DNA from: Parcubacteria group bacterium GW2011_GWF1_45_5
Lineage (GTDB): Bacteria > Patescibacteriota > Minisyncoccia > UBA6257 > Brennerbacteraceae
Length of the DNA: 36,435 nt
Assembly: GCA_001001795.1 (NCBI GenBank)
Contig: LCLB01000004.1
Span: 1 to 36,435 of the forward strand
Reading direction: 5' to 3'
A program made the position numbers and the translations under genes. This document shows positions 1-8,666 of this stretch, piece after piece; position 1 is the first letter of the stretch, and every line of letters begins with the position of its first letter. Under the pieces are notes generated by a model that saw only the letters and a list, made by a program, of their open reading frames with translations, was not told the DNA's origin and did no database searches.

Positions 1-1
1 G

Positions 2-361
2 TTAACCTTTTTTCATTTTCTCAAACCGGTATAAACGACTTTTTATTGTATCGTACTCAAGCCTATTATTTTCTCTTTTAAGCTCTCTTAAATTTTTCCC
101 TTTTTTACTTTGCTTATATAGTCGGAAATCATCAATAAAATTGAATTTCGTCCTCAGCGCCTGGGGTGATTTACCCTTGGCTCTCGCCATATTCTTTTTA
201 TTCTTAAAAAAATCCTTAATGTCATTCCCACTTGCATCTGGGCTTATAAGTATGGAACGCCACCCACCCCTAATAATCATGCGCTCAACATCCTCCCAGC
301 ACCATCCCATAGAAAACAAATCGTCTATAAAAAAACACATGGGATCTGTAGACGACAACAT
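2..361 (-). CDS. hypothetical protein, basic C-terminus; possibly the 3' part of a frameshifted gene with 285..656
   Basis: ORF track, 119 aa, Lys/Arg-rich; overlaps 285..656 on the same strand in another frame. Confidence 0.4.
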   Translation of the reverse strand: MLSSTDPMCFFIDDLFSMGWCWEDVERMIIRGGWRSILISPDASGNDIKDFFKNKKNMARAKGKSPQALRTKFNFIDDFRLYKQSKKGKNLRELKRENNRLEYDTIKSRLYRFEKMKKG

Positions 362-656
362 TTTCCCTTAAATCAGACAGTCTCTCTGTATCTCCAAGGT
401 TTGGAAATATATCATTTGTTAGAGCCAATTCTGTACACGCAGCCGAATCATCCCTGATTCTTATCTTATCGGTACCGACCATATTAATAATCGAAAATAT
501 GTCTCCGTAAAACAAACCTTCTTTCTCGAATTTTTTTATAGGGATCTTGATTGTTTCCGTAAATCCAGAAAGCTCACCGGTTTGAACAAGAATCCCCAAC
601 ATCACCTTGATGGTTTCTAATGTCCCACTAGAAAAGTTAGAAAGATTATCATCCAT
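285..656 (-). CDS. hypothetical protein
   Basis: ORF track, 123 aa, ATG start, divergent from the protease; no recognisable motif. Confidence 0.45.
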   Translation of the reverse strand: MDDNLSNFSSGTLETIKVMLGILVQTGELSGFTETIKIPIKKFEKEGLFYGDIFSIINMVGTDKIRIRDDSAACTELALTNDIFPNLGDTERLSDLRENVVVYRSHVFFYRRFVFYGMVLGGC

Positions 657-740
657 AATGATCTTTGTATTTATTCTACCCTAATTACCATACAATTTCT
701 CCAGATTGCTTTAGCCCTAAAAGGCCCTATAATTGAATTA

Positions 741-1754
741 ATGACCTTTGGGAATAAAAGAATCGTCTTTTTTGCAAAACTCAGTAGTATCTGGAAATAT
801 TCTCGCACGGCGTTGTTACTAATCAGTATCGTGGGCCTATCTGGTTTAGGTATTTTCTTATATGCGGATTATGCGGCTAAAAAGACCATAGAAACCGAAA
901 AAACACAAATTTTGTTGGAAGAACAACAGAAGAGGTTGGAAGAAGCTGAAATGAAACTGGATGACTTAAAACAGCAAGCAGAAACACAAACAGATAACCT
1001 CAAGAAACGGGTAGAGGATTTGACCGAATCACAGAATAGATTGCTTCAAGAATCAAAACAATCAACACCGAAAGAAATTATTATCTCTTCAGCGGACATA
1101 GCTCAGTATTTAACAGGGGTAGTGCAAGTTTACTGTAATCTATATAACGGAGGGTCTTCTAGCGGAAGCGGTTCGCTATGGACGGTGAGCAATATAGGAT
1201 ATAGCGTTCTCACTAATAAACATGTCGTAACTGGGAGCAAAAATTGCATAATAATGTCGGATGAAGTACTGGTCAAAGACCTTTCAATCGAGAGGCTTTA
1301 CAACTGGAATGATGCCTCCGATATAGCAATTCTAAAAATCGGTGCCCTCAAGCCAAACGATATAGTTCCTCCATCCAATTTCAATTACAAAATCTCCCAA
1401 CTGAGAAAGTGCGACGTTAAAATGCCTGTAGGATCTCCCGTCGTTGTGATAGGGTTCCCCATCTCTGGGAAACAGGGTGTAACAGTATACGGATATAGTG
1501 CTAGCGATTGGTCCCGCATAACCACGAATGGAATAATCAGTGCGTACGATGATACATCGGTATATCCTATCGGGTCACTACCCTACTTTAACTACTTTGT
1601 TTCAGCAAAAATGGACGCTGGTAATTCTGGGGGTGTGGTAATATCGAAAGATCAAAGTGGTCTCTGTCTTTTAGGGATCCCGACTTGGTTATCAATAGGA
1701 AAATACGAAAATCAAGGGATAGTGCAAAATATACATAATGTTATATATAAATAA
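741..1754 (+). CDS. membrane-anchored trypsin-like (S1) serine protease with coiled-coil stalk
   Basis: N-terminal TM helix, Q/E/K-rich coiled coil, catalytic triad motifs TNKHVV, DIAIL, GNSGG; TATAAT at 728-733. Confidence 0.9.
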   Translation: MTFGNKRIVFFAKLSSIWKYSRTALLLISIVGLSGLGIFLYADYAAKKTIETEKTQILLEEQQKRLEEAEMKLDDLKQQAETQTDNLKKRVEDLTESQNRLLQESKQSTPKEIIISSADIAQYLTGVVQVYCNLYNGGSSSGSGSLWTVSNIGYSVLTNKHVVTGSKNCIIMSDEVLVKDLSIERLYNWNDASDIAILKIGALKPNDIVPPSNFNYKISQLRKCDVKMPVGSPVVVIGFPISGKQGVTVYGYSASDWSRITTNGIISAYDDTSVYPIGSLPYFNYFVSAKMDAGNSGGVVISKDQSGLCLLGIPTWLSIGKYENQGIVQNIHNVIYK

Positions 1755-1774
1755 TAGTGCGGTCTCTTAAATTT

Positions 1775-1873
1775 GTGAAACTATTAAAGGAAAATTTATT
1801 TAAGATAGCGATTCTGGTTATCGTATTGTTGCTTATATACCTTTTCTTAATGGAAAAAGGATTGTTTAGGTAA
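1775..1873 (+). CDS. putative 32-aa single-TM small protein
   Basis: Manual translation from GTG: MKLLKENLFKIAILVIVLLLIYLFLMEKGLFR*; fills the intergenic gap co-directionally. Confidence 0.5.
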   Translation: MKLLKENLFKIAILVIVLLLIYLFLMEKGLFR

Positions 1874-1883
1874 AACTTAATTT

Positions 1884-2411
1884 ATGTCATTCATCTTCTG
1901 GCTTTTTATTATAGTCGTGGCAGTGGCCTTTATAGGTAAGCTTATCGATACATATACACAAGGTTCTTATGATTCTCGCGATTATACCGAAGAAAAAGAT
2001 GAATATGACTATAAATATAAAAGGAAAGTGTTCCTTATGACCAAGCCAGAACACGAATGTTTTGACACACTTGTAAAGGCGGTCGGCGATAAATACTATA
2101 TTTTCCCGCAAATACACCTCCCATCACTCGTGGGACATAAAGTATATGGGCAGAGTTGGCGCGGGGCATTCGGCCACATCAACCGAAAATCAATTGATTT
2201 CGTACTCTGTGATAAAGCCTATATATCGCCGGTGCTCGCGATAGAGCTTGACGATAGTACACACCAAAGGTACGACAGGCATATGCGGGACGTGGAGGTG
2301 GAGAAGATCTTAAGGTATGCGGGGATTCCCCTTCTACGCATCAACCATTTTGAAATGCGGAATTCGGCAAACTTGGGTGCTTTAATAGAAAAAGCTGTCG
2401 CACAGCACTAA
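1884..2411 (+). CDS. DUF2726 domain protein with N-terminal TM
   Basis: Motifs LMTKPE, IFPQIHL, HINRKSIDFVLCD, AIELDDSTH, RD..VEKIL..AGIPLLR. Confidence 0.88.
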   Translation: MSFIFWLFIIVVAVAFIGKLIDTYTQGSYDSRDYTEEKDEYDYKYKRKVFLMTKPEHECFDTLVKAVGDKYYIFPQIHLPSLVGHKVYGQSWRGAFGHINRKSIDFVLCDKAYISPVLAIELDDSTHQRYDRHMRDVEVEKILRYAGIPLLRINHFEMRNSANLGALIEKAVAQH

Positions 2412-2771
2412 ACATCGTCTATTCTTGCGTAGATCCTGCTTTTTCTTATCTAAAACGTGCAAAATCATGTACGCATAAAAAATGCGTCCAAGGCCGACAA
2501 TTCCTGATTTATCTAGAATTTAAGCTACGAAATTCCATAAAGCATCATAAAAATCATTAGTGGTTTCGCAACCTTATTGCAATAATTTTCTAACGAAGAA
2601 ACTTCAATAAATGGCTATTTTATTAGCTATTCTGGGAATTATGACATTTCCCCAAACCCCTTAATTTACTGCATAAATTAAATTTGGTGATCTATTATGC
2701 ATAAGTAAACTCCTTGGACAATCTATATAAATTACAGTTTTACCCAAAGGGACTATAATACTAATAGAAAT

Positions 2772-3554
2772 ATGTACAAAAGGGCCTTCATCCAAATACC
2801 AATTCTCATAGGAATTATAGCAACGGCAATCGCAGCTACTGGTATTGGTTATTTTACTATTAAGCAAAATCAAGAGAAAAGTAAACTAAGACAAGAGATA
2901 ACTACCCTTAGAAACAAAATTGAGGAGCAAATAATAACATCTCCACAAAATTCTCCAATAGAAACGATAGCCCCGCCTAAGGTAGAGAATAAGATACCTC
3001 CGACCCATAAACCAACTCCTCAACCCACACAAACGCCGTCACCCACACCCACACCAATACCACTACCCAACCCCAGCCCCAGCCCGACACCTAACTTTAA
3101 TAAAGAATACGCACTGAATAATATCTATACGCTTCTCCAGCAAAGGGCAGTGGAAATCAATCAACAAAAACAATCCCAGACCCAACTAGCCTCCCAATTG
3201 AATTCCATACTTCAACAAATAAACCAGATAAAACTAGATTACTATGCTGAAGTCGAAAGCATTAACAACGATTCATGGCTTACGGAATCGGTGCGCCGAG
3301 CAAGAATCGCGCACGCAGCCGAGGATGCCAATTACGAAATCGAGAAACTAAAAACGCAGTACGATATCCTTATGGTCCAGTACGGAGCGATATCACTGAA
3401 TTATCAAGTATCCCAAAACATTACTATACCGAACGACTATACGGTGTGGCGGATAGAAGGTTCCCTCGATGGTCTCTCTGGAACAATGTATAACAACCAA
3501 GGGCAAACCTATAGATGGGATTGCGTAGATTACTCCAACTGCACACTATACTAA
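2772..3554 (+). CDS. exported/membrane-anchored hypothetical protein with Pro/Thr-rich linker
   Basis: N-terminal hydrophobic helix (AFIQIPILIGII...), PTPQPTQTPSPTPTP linker, helical region, small Cys-containing C-terminal domain. Confidence 0.8.
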   Translation: MYKRAFIQIPILIGIIATAIAATGIGYFTIKQNQEKSKLRQEITTLRNKIEEQIITSPQNSPIETIAPPKVENKIPPTHKPTPQPTQTPSPTPTPIPLPNPSPSPTPNFNKEYALNNIYTLLQQRAVEINQQKQSQTQLASQLNSILQQINQIKLDYYAEVESINNDSWLTESVRRARIAHAAEDANYEIEKLKTQYDILMVQYGAISLNYQVSQNITIPNDYTVWRIEGSLDGLSGTMYNNQGQTYRWDCVDYSNCTLY

Positions 3555-3561
3555 TATCTAT

Positions 3562-3588
3562 AACAGGCTCCGATAACGTCTTTCCACC
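3562..3588 (+). repeat. 27-bp direct repeat, copy 1
   Basis: aacaggctccgataacgtctttccacc; 24/27 identical to 4349..4375. Confidence 0.8.
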
Positions 3589-3605
3589 ATCAGAAATAAA
3601 ACAAT

Positions 3606-4244
3606 ATGGGACTATTAGACTTTTCAAAATATAACGAGATAGAGAAAGCATTGCTCGGCCTTTATTACCAAATAATGAGTGCGTGCGGAATGTCTTCAGT
3701 AGAAGTTAAAAAAACAGTTGAGGATATGCTTGATCGAGCAATCGAGGAGTCTAAAAAAAGTGGAAATTACTTTCTTCCTGAAAATTTGGGAAACATTATT
3801 GTGGGACAAATAGAAACGGATGATCTGCGAATACAGAAATTTGCTCAAGCTATTAGAGAAGGAATGCCGAAGAATGAGGGAATAACTTTAGATGATATAC
3901 AAAAATGGTGGAATTTGAATGATGTAGAACGTCGCATGATGTTAGCACAAGATATGGTTGCAAAGACTGAGGCAGTACTTGGGTGTTTAGATTCGGGGAT
4001 GGCTTCAAATCCAGAGGAGGCGGTTGCTATGGTTTGTAAATTTCATCCAGTTTATGGGGACCCAAATGATGACAGTCAAAGTAGCGGAGATGATCGTCCG
4101 CTGCCGTTTGAGCTAAGAGACAGGATCAATATCTATATTGCAAAAATGGTTGGTAAGGAATCGGAAGAATATAAAGGAGAAATGGAGGCATCGTCCTCAT
4201 TTAACGCACTCATCAGAAAGGAGATCAGAAATGGCAATCTGTAA
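3606..4244 (+). CDS. hypothetical protein (212 aa)
   Basis: Long ATG-started ORF with protein-like composition; no family recognised. Confidence 0.75.
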   Translation: MGLLDFSKYNEIEKALLGLYYQIMSACGMSSVEVKKTVEDMLDRAIEESKKSGNYFLPENLGNIIVGQIETDDLRIQKFAQAIREGMPKNEGITLDDIQKWWNLNDVERRMMLAQDMVAKTEAVLGCLDSGMASNPEEAVAMVCKFHPVYGDPNDDSQSSGDDRPLPFELRDRINIYIAKMVGKESEEYKGEMEASSSFNALIRKEIRNGNL

Positions 4245-4327
4245 AAAAGGTTATAAGCTGGATTAAAGAAAATTGGTTTCGGTTTGTCATTATCGCCTTT
4301 GCCCTAGTAGCCTTGCCTTATTGCTAG
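4241..4327 (+). pseudogene. remnant of a membrane-anchor N-terminus (KENWF-type)
   Basis: Manual translation VKKVISWIKENWFRFVIIAFALVALPYC*, no canonical start; resembles the 1775..1873 peptide. Confidence 0.35.
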
Positions 4328-4339
4328 AGGACTACTATC

Positions 4340-4780
4340 CTACCACCAAACAGGTTCTGATAACGTCCTTCCACCCACCCATAATGAGGGTTTAGTACCC
4401 TCTAATTGCTTAATTAGCCCGAAAGAACAACCTAATTTGGTGGTTCGAAATCCAGGGTATTCGTAGGTTATGTTTTCAGGGTAAGCTGATGGGCATACTT
4501 GCCCTTCTTTTGGAGCTACTAACTCAATTGCTGTATTTGTGTATTGCTGATAACGAAGCGGAGTATTCAATTTATAAATTCCTACTCTACGTCCACCCAC
4601 TATCTCTTCCGAAATCTTCTCCCCAAGCTTATCAAACTCAGTTCTTAATCTATCGTAGTCCTCATTTGAAGACGCTTGGTATCCGATGTGATCCATATCT
4701 AGGTCGGACACATCAATTCCCAATTGTTTAATTTTTTCCAGAAGGCCTTTAATGAATGATTCGTAGTTATCTACTACCAT
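4340..4780 (-). pseudogene. VOC/YecM-like metalloprotein, probably 3'-truncated near 4485
   Basis: DHIGYQ, GGRRVGIYKL and IELVAPK motifs of YecM-like VOC proteins; the expected downstream EHxEFV and VKFH motifs are absent after CPSA. Confidence 0.65.
4349..4375 (+). repeat. 27-bp direct repeat, copy 2
   Basis: aacaggttctgataacgtccttccacc; 24/27 identical to 3562..3588. Confidence 0.8.
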
Positions 4781-4792
4781 AGTTATATTAAT

Positions 4793-5678
4793 GGGTAATA
4801 TCCATTATCTAGCACTAAATTTGTGTTATTAGTTGAAGTAATTTGTTTCTTTGTTTTCTAATATCGGTTTTTCTATAGTTGTATCTCCAAACATATTCAC
4901 TTAAAAAAAGGGGTAAATATTTCCTTCTCACACCACCTTTACTTGCTAATTTTCTTTTTAAATATCCCAAGAAGCCTTCTAAACCATTGATATGATTTTT
5001 ACCTCTCACATATTCGTGAGTTCCATGTTCTACAGTTCTATGAACATACCCAGCAGTTGCAAGGCCTTTATATGACCTGTAAGTATCTGAACAGATTTTA
5101 CTTCCCAGTTTAACTTTTTTAGTTATAATTGGAATTAAATCTAAAGCTTTAGTATCGGGTACAAGTTCAGCAAATACCTTTCCATTTCTTTCTAAAATAC
5201 CGAATACAGGCTGTTTTGTAGTCCCAAAACCACTTTTACTTATCTTTCCAAAAGTCTCTATCTCTTTTTTAAGTTGTTTTTTATTCTTGTTTTTCTTTTG
5301 ACCTCCCAAGTATGTTTCATCAACTTCAACTACCCCTGAAAATGTTTTGGGTACATCTTTGACCATTACCATTCTTAATATTTTTAAAGATTTAGCTACT
5401 GTTTTTATATTTTTACCAGTCTGATTTGCGATCACAGGACTATTAGCCCCAATTAAAAAGAGGTCAATAATTTTTATCCAATCAGTTCTTGTTAACCTTA
5501 TTGAAACCATCAAATATCTTCTGAAATCAGTCTTACAAACCTTACAACGGTATTCCCCGCCACTTAATTTCCAGTACTTTTTACCTCCACATTTCTTACA
5601 TTTAAATCTCACGTCCAAATTTTACCGTATTTATGAAGAAAACAAACACTTTGAAGTGCTAGATTTTACCTATTACCC
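4793..5678 (-). mobile_element. IS1595-family insertion sequence (886 bp)
   Basis: Imperfect 24-bp TIRs gggtaatatccattatctagcact (4793-4816) and revcomp gggtaataggtaaaatctagcact (5655-5678), 19/24; 7-bp TSD tattaat at 4786-4792 and 5679-5685. Confidence 0.92.
4815..5618 (-). CDS. IS1595-family DDE transposase
   Basis: N-terminal CxxC...CxxC zinc ribbon, HTH-like region, VEVDETYLGG, SD..Y..L, HINGLEGF, EYVWRYNYR. Confidence 0.95.
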   Translation of the reverse strand: MDVRFKCKKCGGKKYWKLSGGEYRCKVCKTDFRRYLMVSIRLTRTDWIKIIDLFLIGANSPVIANQTGKNIKTVAKSLKILRMVMVKDVPKTFSGVVEVDETYLGGQKKNKNKKQLKKEIETFGKISKSGFGTTKQPVFGILERNGKVFAELVPDTKALDLIPIITKKVKLGSKICSDTYRSYKGLATAGYVHRTVEHGTHEYVRGKNHINGLEGFLGYLKRKLASKGGVRRKYLPLFLSEYVWRYNYRKTDIRKQRNKLLQLITQI

Positions 5679-6581
5679 TATTAATCCTCCCTTAACTAAT
5701 CTAAATTCTTTTTTTGTCTCCCATATATTTTTAAGTTGATCAAAATTATCATCTGGTTTCTGCATCAACTTTGCCAGATCATCTATTTCAGCTAGTTGTT
5801 TCTCGGACAATTTATCAAACTTGCCAAAGTTAGTTATTTCTGGAGCATGATGATAAATGATCTCGTCATTCATCAAACAGTGAAAGTCATAAAAAAGTTC
5901 CCAAGAAATCGCCATTAAACCTCCGTTACCACCACCATTCCAAAAATGATCACCGTCTGTTTTACCACTCCTCACTACCAACCAGGCGTCGGCAGAAAAA
6001 TCAAAGGTTTCTTCTGGCATGTCATAAGGGTCAAACTTCAGATAACCTTCAATACTTCCATCGACATCAATGGTGACCCACCTTGACTCTTTTTCGTCCC
6101 AGTATTGATTTATCCAATGATCGTCGCTTTTACCAGCTGGCAAGCCGTCCACAACAAAGTAAGGTGCAAATCCAGAACGTACGCGGGCAGGAATGCCTTT
6201 CAACTTCAATAAAGAAGCCATGAGAATTGTGGTAAACCTACAAGTGAGTACCAACTTGTTTTCTGCGGCTCTGTCAGGTACTAAACCTCTTGGGTCTCTT
6301 CTGAACAATTCAGCCAGCATTGCAGAAGTAGTAACAAATACGTCATCCTCTGGCTGTCTTGTCCAAGGAACTCTGGTGGTATCCCCATATCTCAAGTCTG
6401 CGTTTGATCCAGTATTACCATTTTTCAAAACCATGCGATGAATGAGCTGTTTTCTTACCAATAAACCAATTTCTCTAACATCATTGGGTAAGCTTTTCTT
6501 AAAAACTTCACCGTACAAACCAGGGTCGGTGTACTGACTAAATTGAAGATAGTTATCTGTTATTTTAGAAAAGTTATTCAT
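5673..6581 (-). CDS. transglutaminase-like domain protein
   Basis: Cys-His-Asp motifs LTCR, GIPARVRSGFAPY, DHWINQYW, RWVTID. Confidence 0.88.
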   Translation of the reverse strand: MNNFSKITDNYLQFSQYTDPGLYGEVFKKSLPNDVREIGLLVRKQLIHRMVLKNGNTGSNADLRYGDTTRVPWTRQPEDDVFVTTSAMLAELFRRDPRGLVPDRAAENKLVLTCRFTTILMASLLKLKGIPARVRSGFAPYFVVDGLPAGKSDDHWINQYWDEKESRWVTIDVDGSIEGYLKFDPYDMPEETFDFSADAWLVVRSGKTDGDHFWNGGGNGGLMAISWELFYDFHCLMNDEIIYHHAPEITNFGKFDKLSEKQLAEIDDLAKLMQKPDDNFDQLKNIWETKKEFRLVKGGLIG

Positions 6582-7165
6582 AATTTATCTGAGCCATCAA
6601 TCGAGGAACGAGTGTATTTAACTTCAAGCAATTTTTCTAGTAATGGGAAACTAGTATATGGCTGGTGGGAACTATCTGATCCCATGTGACCTTCACCCTC
6701 ACGACAAATTAGGGTGCCACCTGTTTTCTTCCACATATATAAACCTTCTTCTTGATCGATGGTCCAAGGGTCATCTTGAGAATTGATGTAGACAATGTCC
6801 TTTGCAGCTTTCTTTATTTTGTCCTAGTTATATTCTGGTTGAAGAATAGGTTGAGTTTCTTTGTCCCCACGAAGCTTTCTGGCAAATCCTGCAACCATTA
6901 CTGCTTTATGAATCGTGACGTTTATATTTTCTAAAACGCTTAAAACTAAAGGACCACCAGCTGAATGACCGATGATTATTGTTTCTTCGTTATATTTTCC
7001 ACTTAGCGCTACTGGCAACCATTTCGAAAGCACTGGGTTGTCAGCGTCAGGGAGCTGAGGTACCCAAACGTCATAACCAAGGCTTTCAAGAAAACTTTTA
7101 GTTTTAGGAAACCAATAAGAATTAGGTGTACACCCTGTACCATGAAAGATGATTGCGTTTTTCAT
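6578..7165 (-). pseudogene. RBBP9/YdeN-family alpha/beta hydrolase with in-frame TAG at 6824-6826
   Basis: IFHG and GHSAG nucleophile elbow before the stop; the frame continues as DKIKK...NSQDDPW...GEGHMG...GSDKL* and ends in an ATGA overlap with the next gene. Confidence 0.85.
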
Positions 7166-7453
7166 ATTAATCTTACCTTAGTATATCTTATACTTACTTC
7201 CATATCTTACAGAATTGGAAAGATATTTGCTACAGCTTTGTTGCTCCAAATGCGCCAGGTGGCGCACTTTCAGCTTTTCGCATTCTATTTACAGCTTTAA
7301 TCGCTGCTTCTTGAGGTGCTCGATGATATTTTCTAAGGTTGTAGGTTAAGTTAAGGCAATGACGGCATAAGAAAATGTCGCTCCTGATCTTGACGATGAT
7401 TCTGATCACGGGAGCCGCCGTTCTACTGGCCACGATCTTTCAATAAACGGAAT

Positions 7454-7477
7454 GGCGGCAATCAAATGCCGCCTTTT
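7454..7477 (+). terminator. Rho-independent terminator
   Basis: ggcggca-atcaaa-tgccgcc followed by tttt. Confidence 0.65.
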
Positions 7478-7507
7478 CCTCTTCTATAGAGAAACTATGG
7501 AAAAGAA

Positions 7508-8071
7508 TTACTTTATATAAACACTATACGGCTCAGTAAGCTCGGCAACATAATCGATCCTGACCATACGTTTTGGAATGTTTTTCTTGGGTTGGTATAA
7601 CCCGCACGCCTTATCAACTCTGTATCTGAAATAGCTATCAAAGTATTTGTTCGGATCAGGGAACATTCCCGAAAAACCACAATAGTCCCCGAGGTTTATT
7701 TCAAAAGAAACTTCGCGTAAATCCTTGGCGATAATGGCAAAATGAGGAGCTTTTTTGTTTCCGACCAGCAACACCTCTTTTGGTAATTTCTCCCAGCGAG
7801 CAAGATGGTTTGTAAAATAAGTAAACCGCTCCGGCGCCTCAAGAGCATAAGAAGATGGAGTTATCGAAAAAAGAATCATGATTTTCTGGTTGTGTGTTTT
7901 TGCGTGGGCGATGAATCCTTGCATAGCATTAGGGCGGCAAAATACACCTCCATACCCCCAGAAAAATTTCCCGCACAAGGTTTGTTCTCTTTGTTTAATG
8001 GCAATAATTTCTCCCAAACCATACCCGCAATAAGGCCCGGCTTTCATAATGAGGATGTGCGAGTAGTTCAT
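7508..8071 (-). CDS. conserved-looking hypothetical protein (187 aa; FWGYGG / RVDKAC / L.EPY.V motifs)
   Basis: ORF track frame; start moved to ATG 8071, which lies 6 nt downstream of an extended -10 TGcTATACT. Confidence 0.75.
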   Translation of the reverse strand: MNYSHILIMKAGPYCGYGLGEIIAIKQREQTLCGKFFWGYGGVFCRPNAMQGFIAHAKTHNQKIMILFSITPSSYALEAPERFTYFTNHLARWEKLPKEVLLVGNKKAPHFAIIAKDLREVSFEINLGDYCGFSGMFPDPNKYFDSYFRYRVDKACGLYQPKKNIPKRMVRIDYVAELTEPYSVYIK

Positions 8072-8145
8072 AAATACAGTATAGCAATAGGAAAACGAAT
8101 TGATGCTATTTGGCATTTATTGGTTTCGGCGCCATAATAAGCCAT

Positions 8146-8638
8146 ATGAATACACCCCAGAAAACAATAAAACCCAAAACAGCAACCATAGTTTTGCGCA
8201 CGTTTGTCGTAGTCCTTGGCGCCGTCGCCGTAACCATGTTCGCCGCATACGGTTATCGTACGGTTTTCCAGAAGGTTTACGATTATTCTTCGGAAAGACA
8301 AAAATATGCTTCCCTCGACCGTTGTGGCGACCACAACCATAATAAATAAAAACATTATCAATCCTGATAACGAACTTTTTACCTGCGACACGCTAATCAT
8401 CACTGGCGGCACCTCGGATTTAACCAAAAGAATAACCATAACCGATGAACAGGGACGGTTGCTCACCTACATTTCTCTTGATAAATTGTCCTCAACAGAC
8501 AGAGACAGTATCAAAAATACAACCATCAATAATCAGGTAGGGTTAAAGGTTACCAGGAACATTCCCCAACCCGGGTGGGGATCGGGATGCCCGCGTTTTT
8601 TAGATATCATCGGGATCGAAAAACCGGAACGATTTTAG
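8146..8638 (+). pseudogene. membrane-anchored hypothetical protein, probably one gene split by a frameshift near 8330
   Basis: ORF 8146..8349 has a TM helix; overlapping ORF 8306..8638 continues as a soluble domain. Confidence 0.45.
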
Positions 8639-8666
8639 TCGTCCGTGAAATACAGTATCAATCAAG

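Noticed and set aside
3562..4375. CRISPR array or integron attC sites
   Set aside because: Only two copies about 790 bp apart, no spacer periodicity, no cas or intI gene, and no paired RYYYAAC/GTTRRRY ends.
6824..6826. Stop-codon reassignment (TAG readthrough or alternative genetic code)
   Set aside because: TAG and TGA end several clearly complete genes here (e.g. RluA, dockerin protein, GT2, cca) and only one in-frame stop was found; a point mutation or error is simpler.
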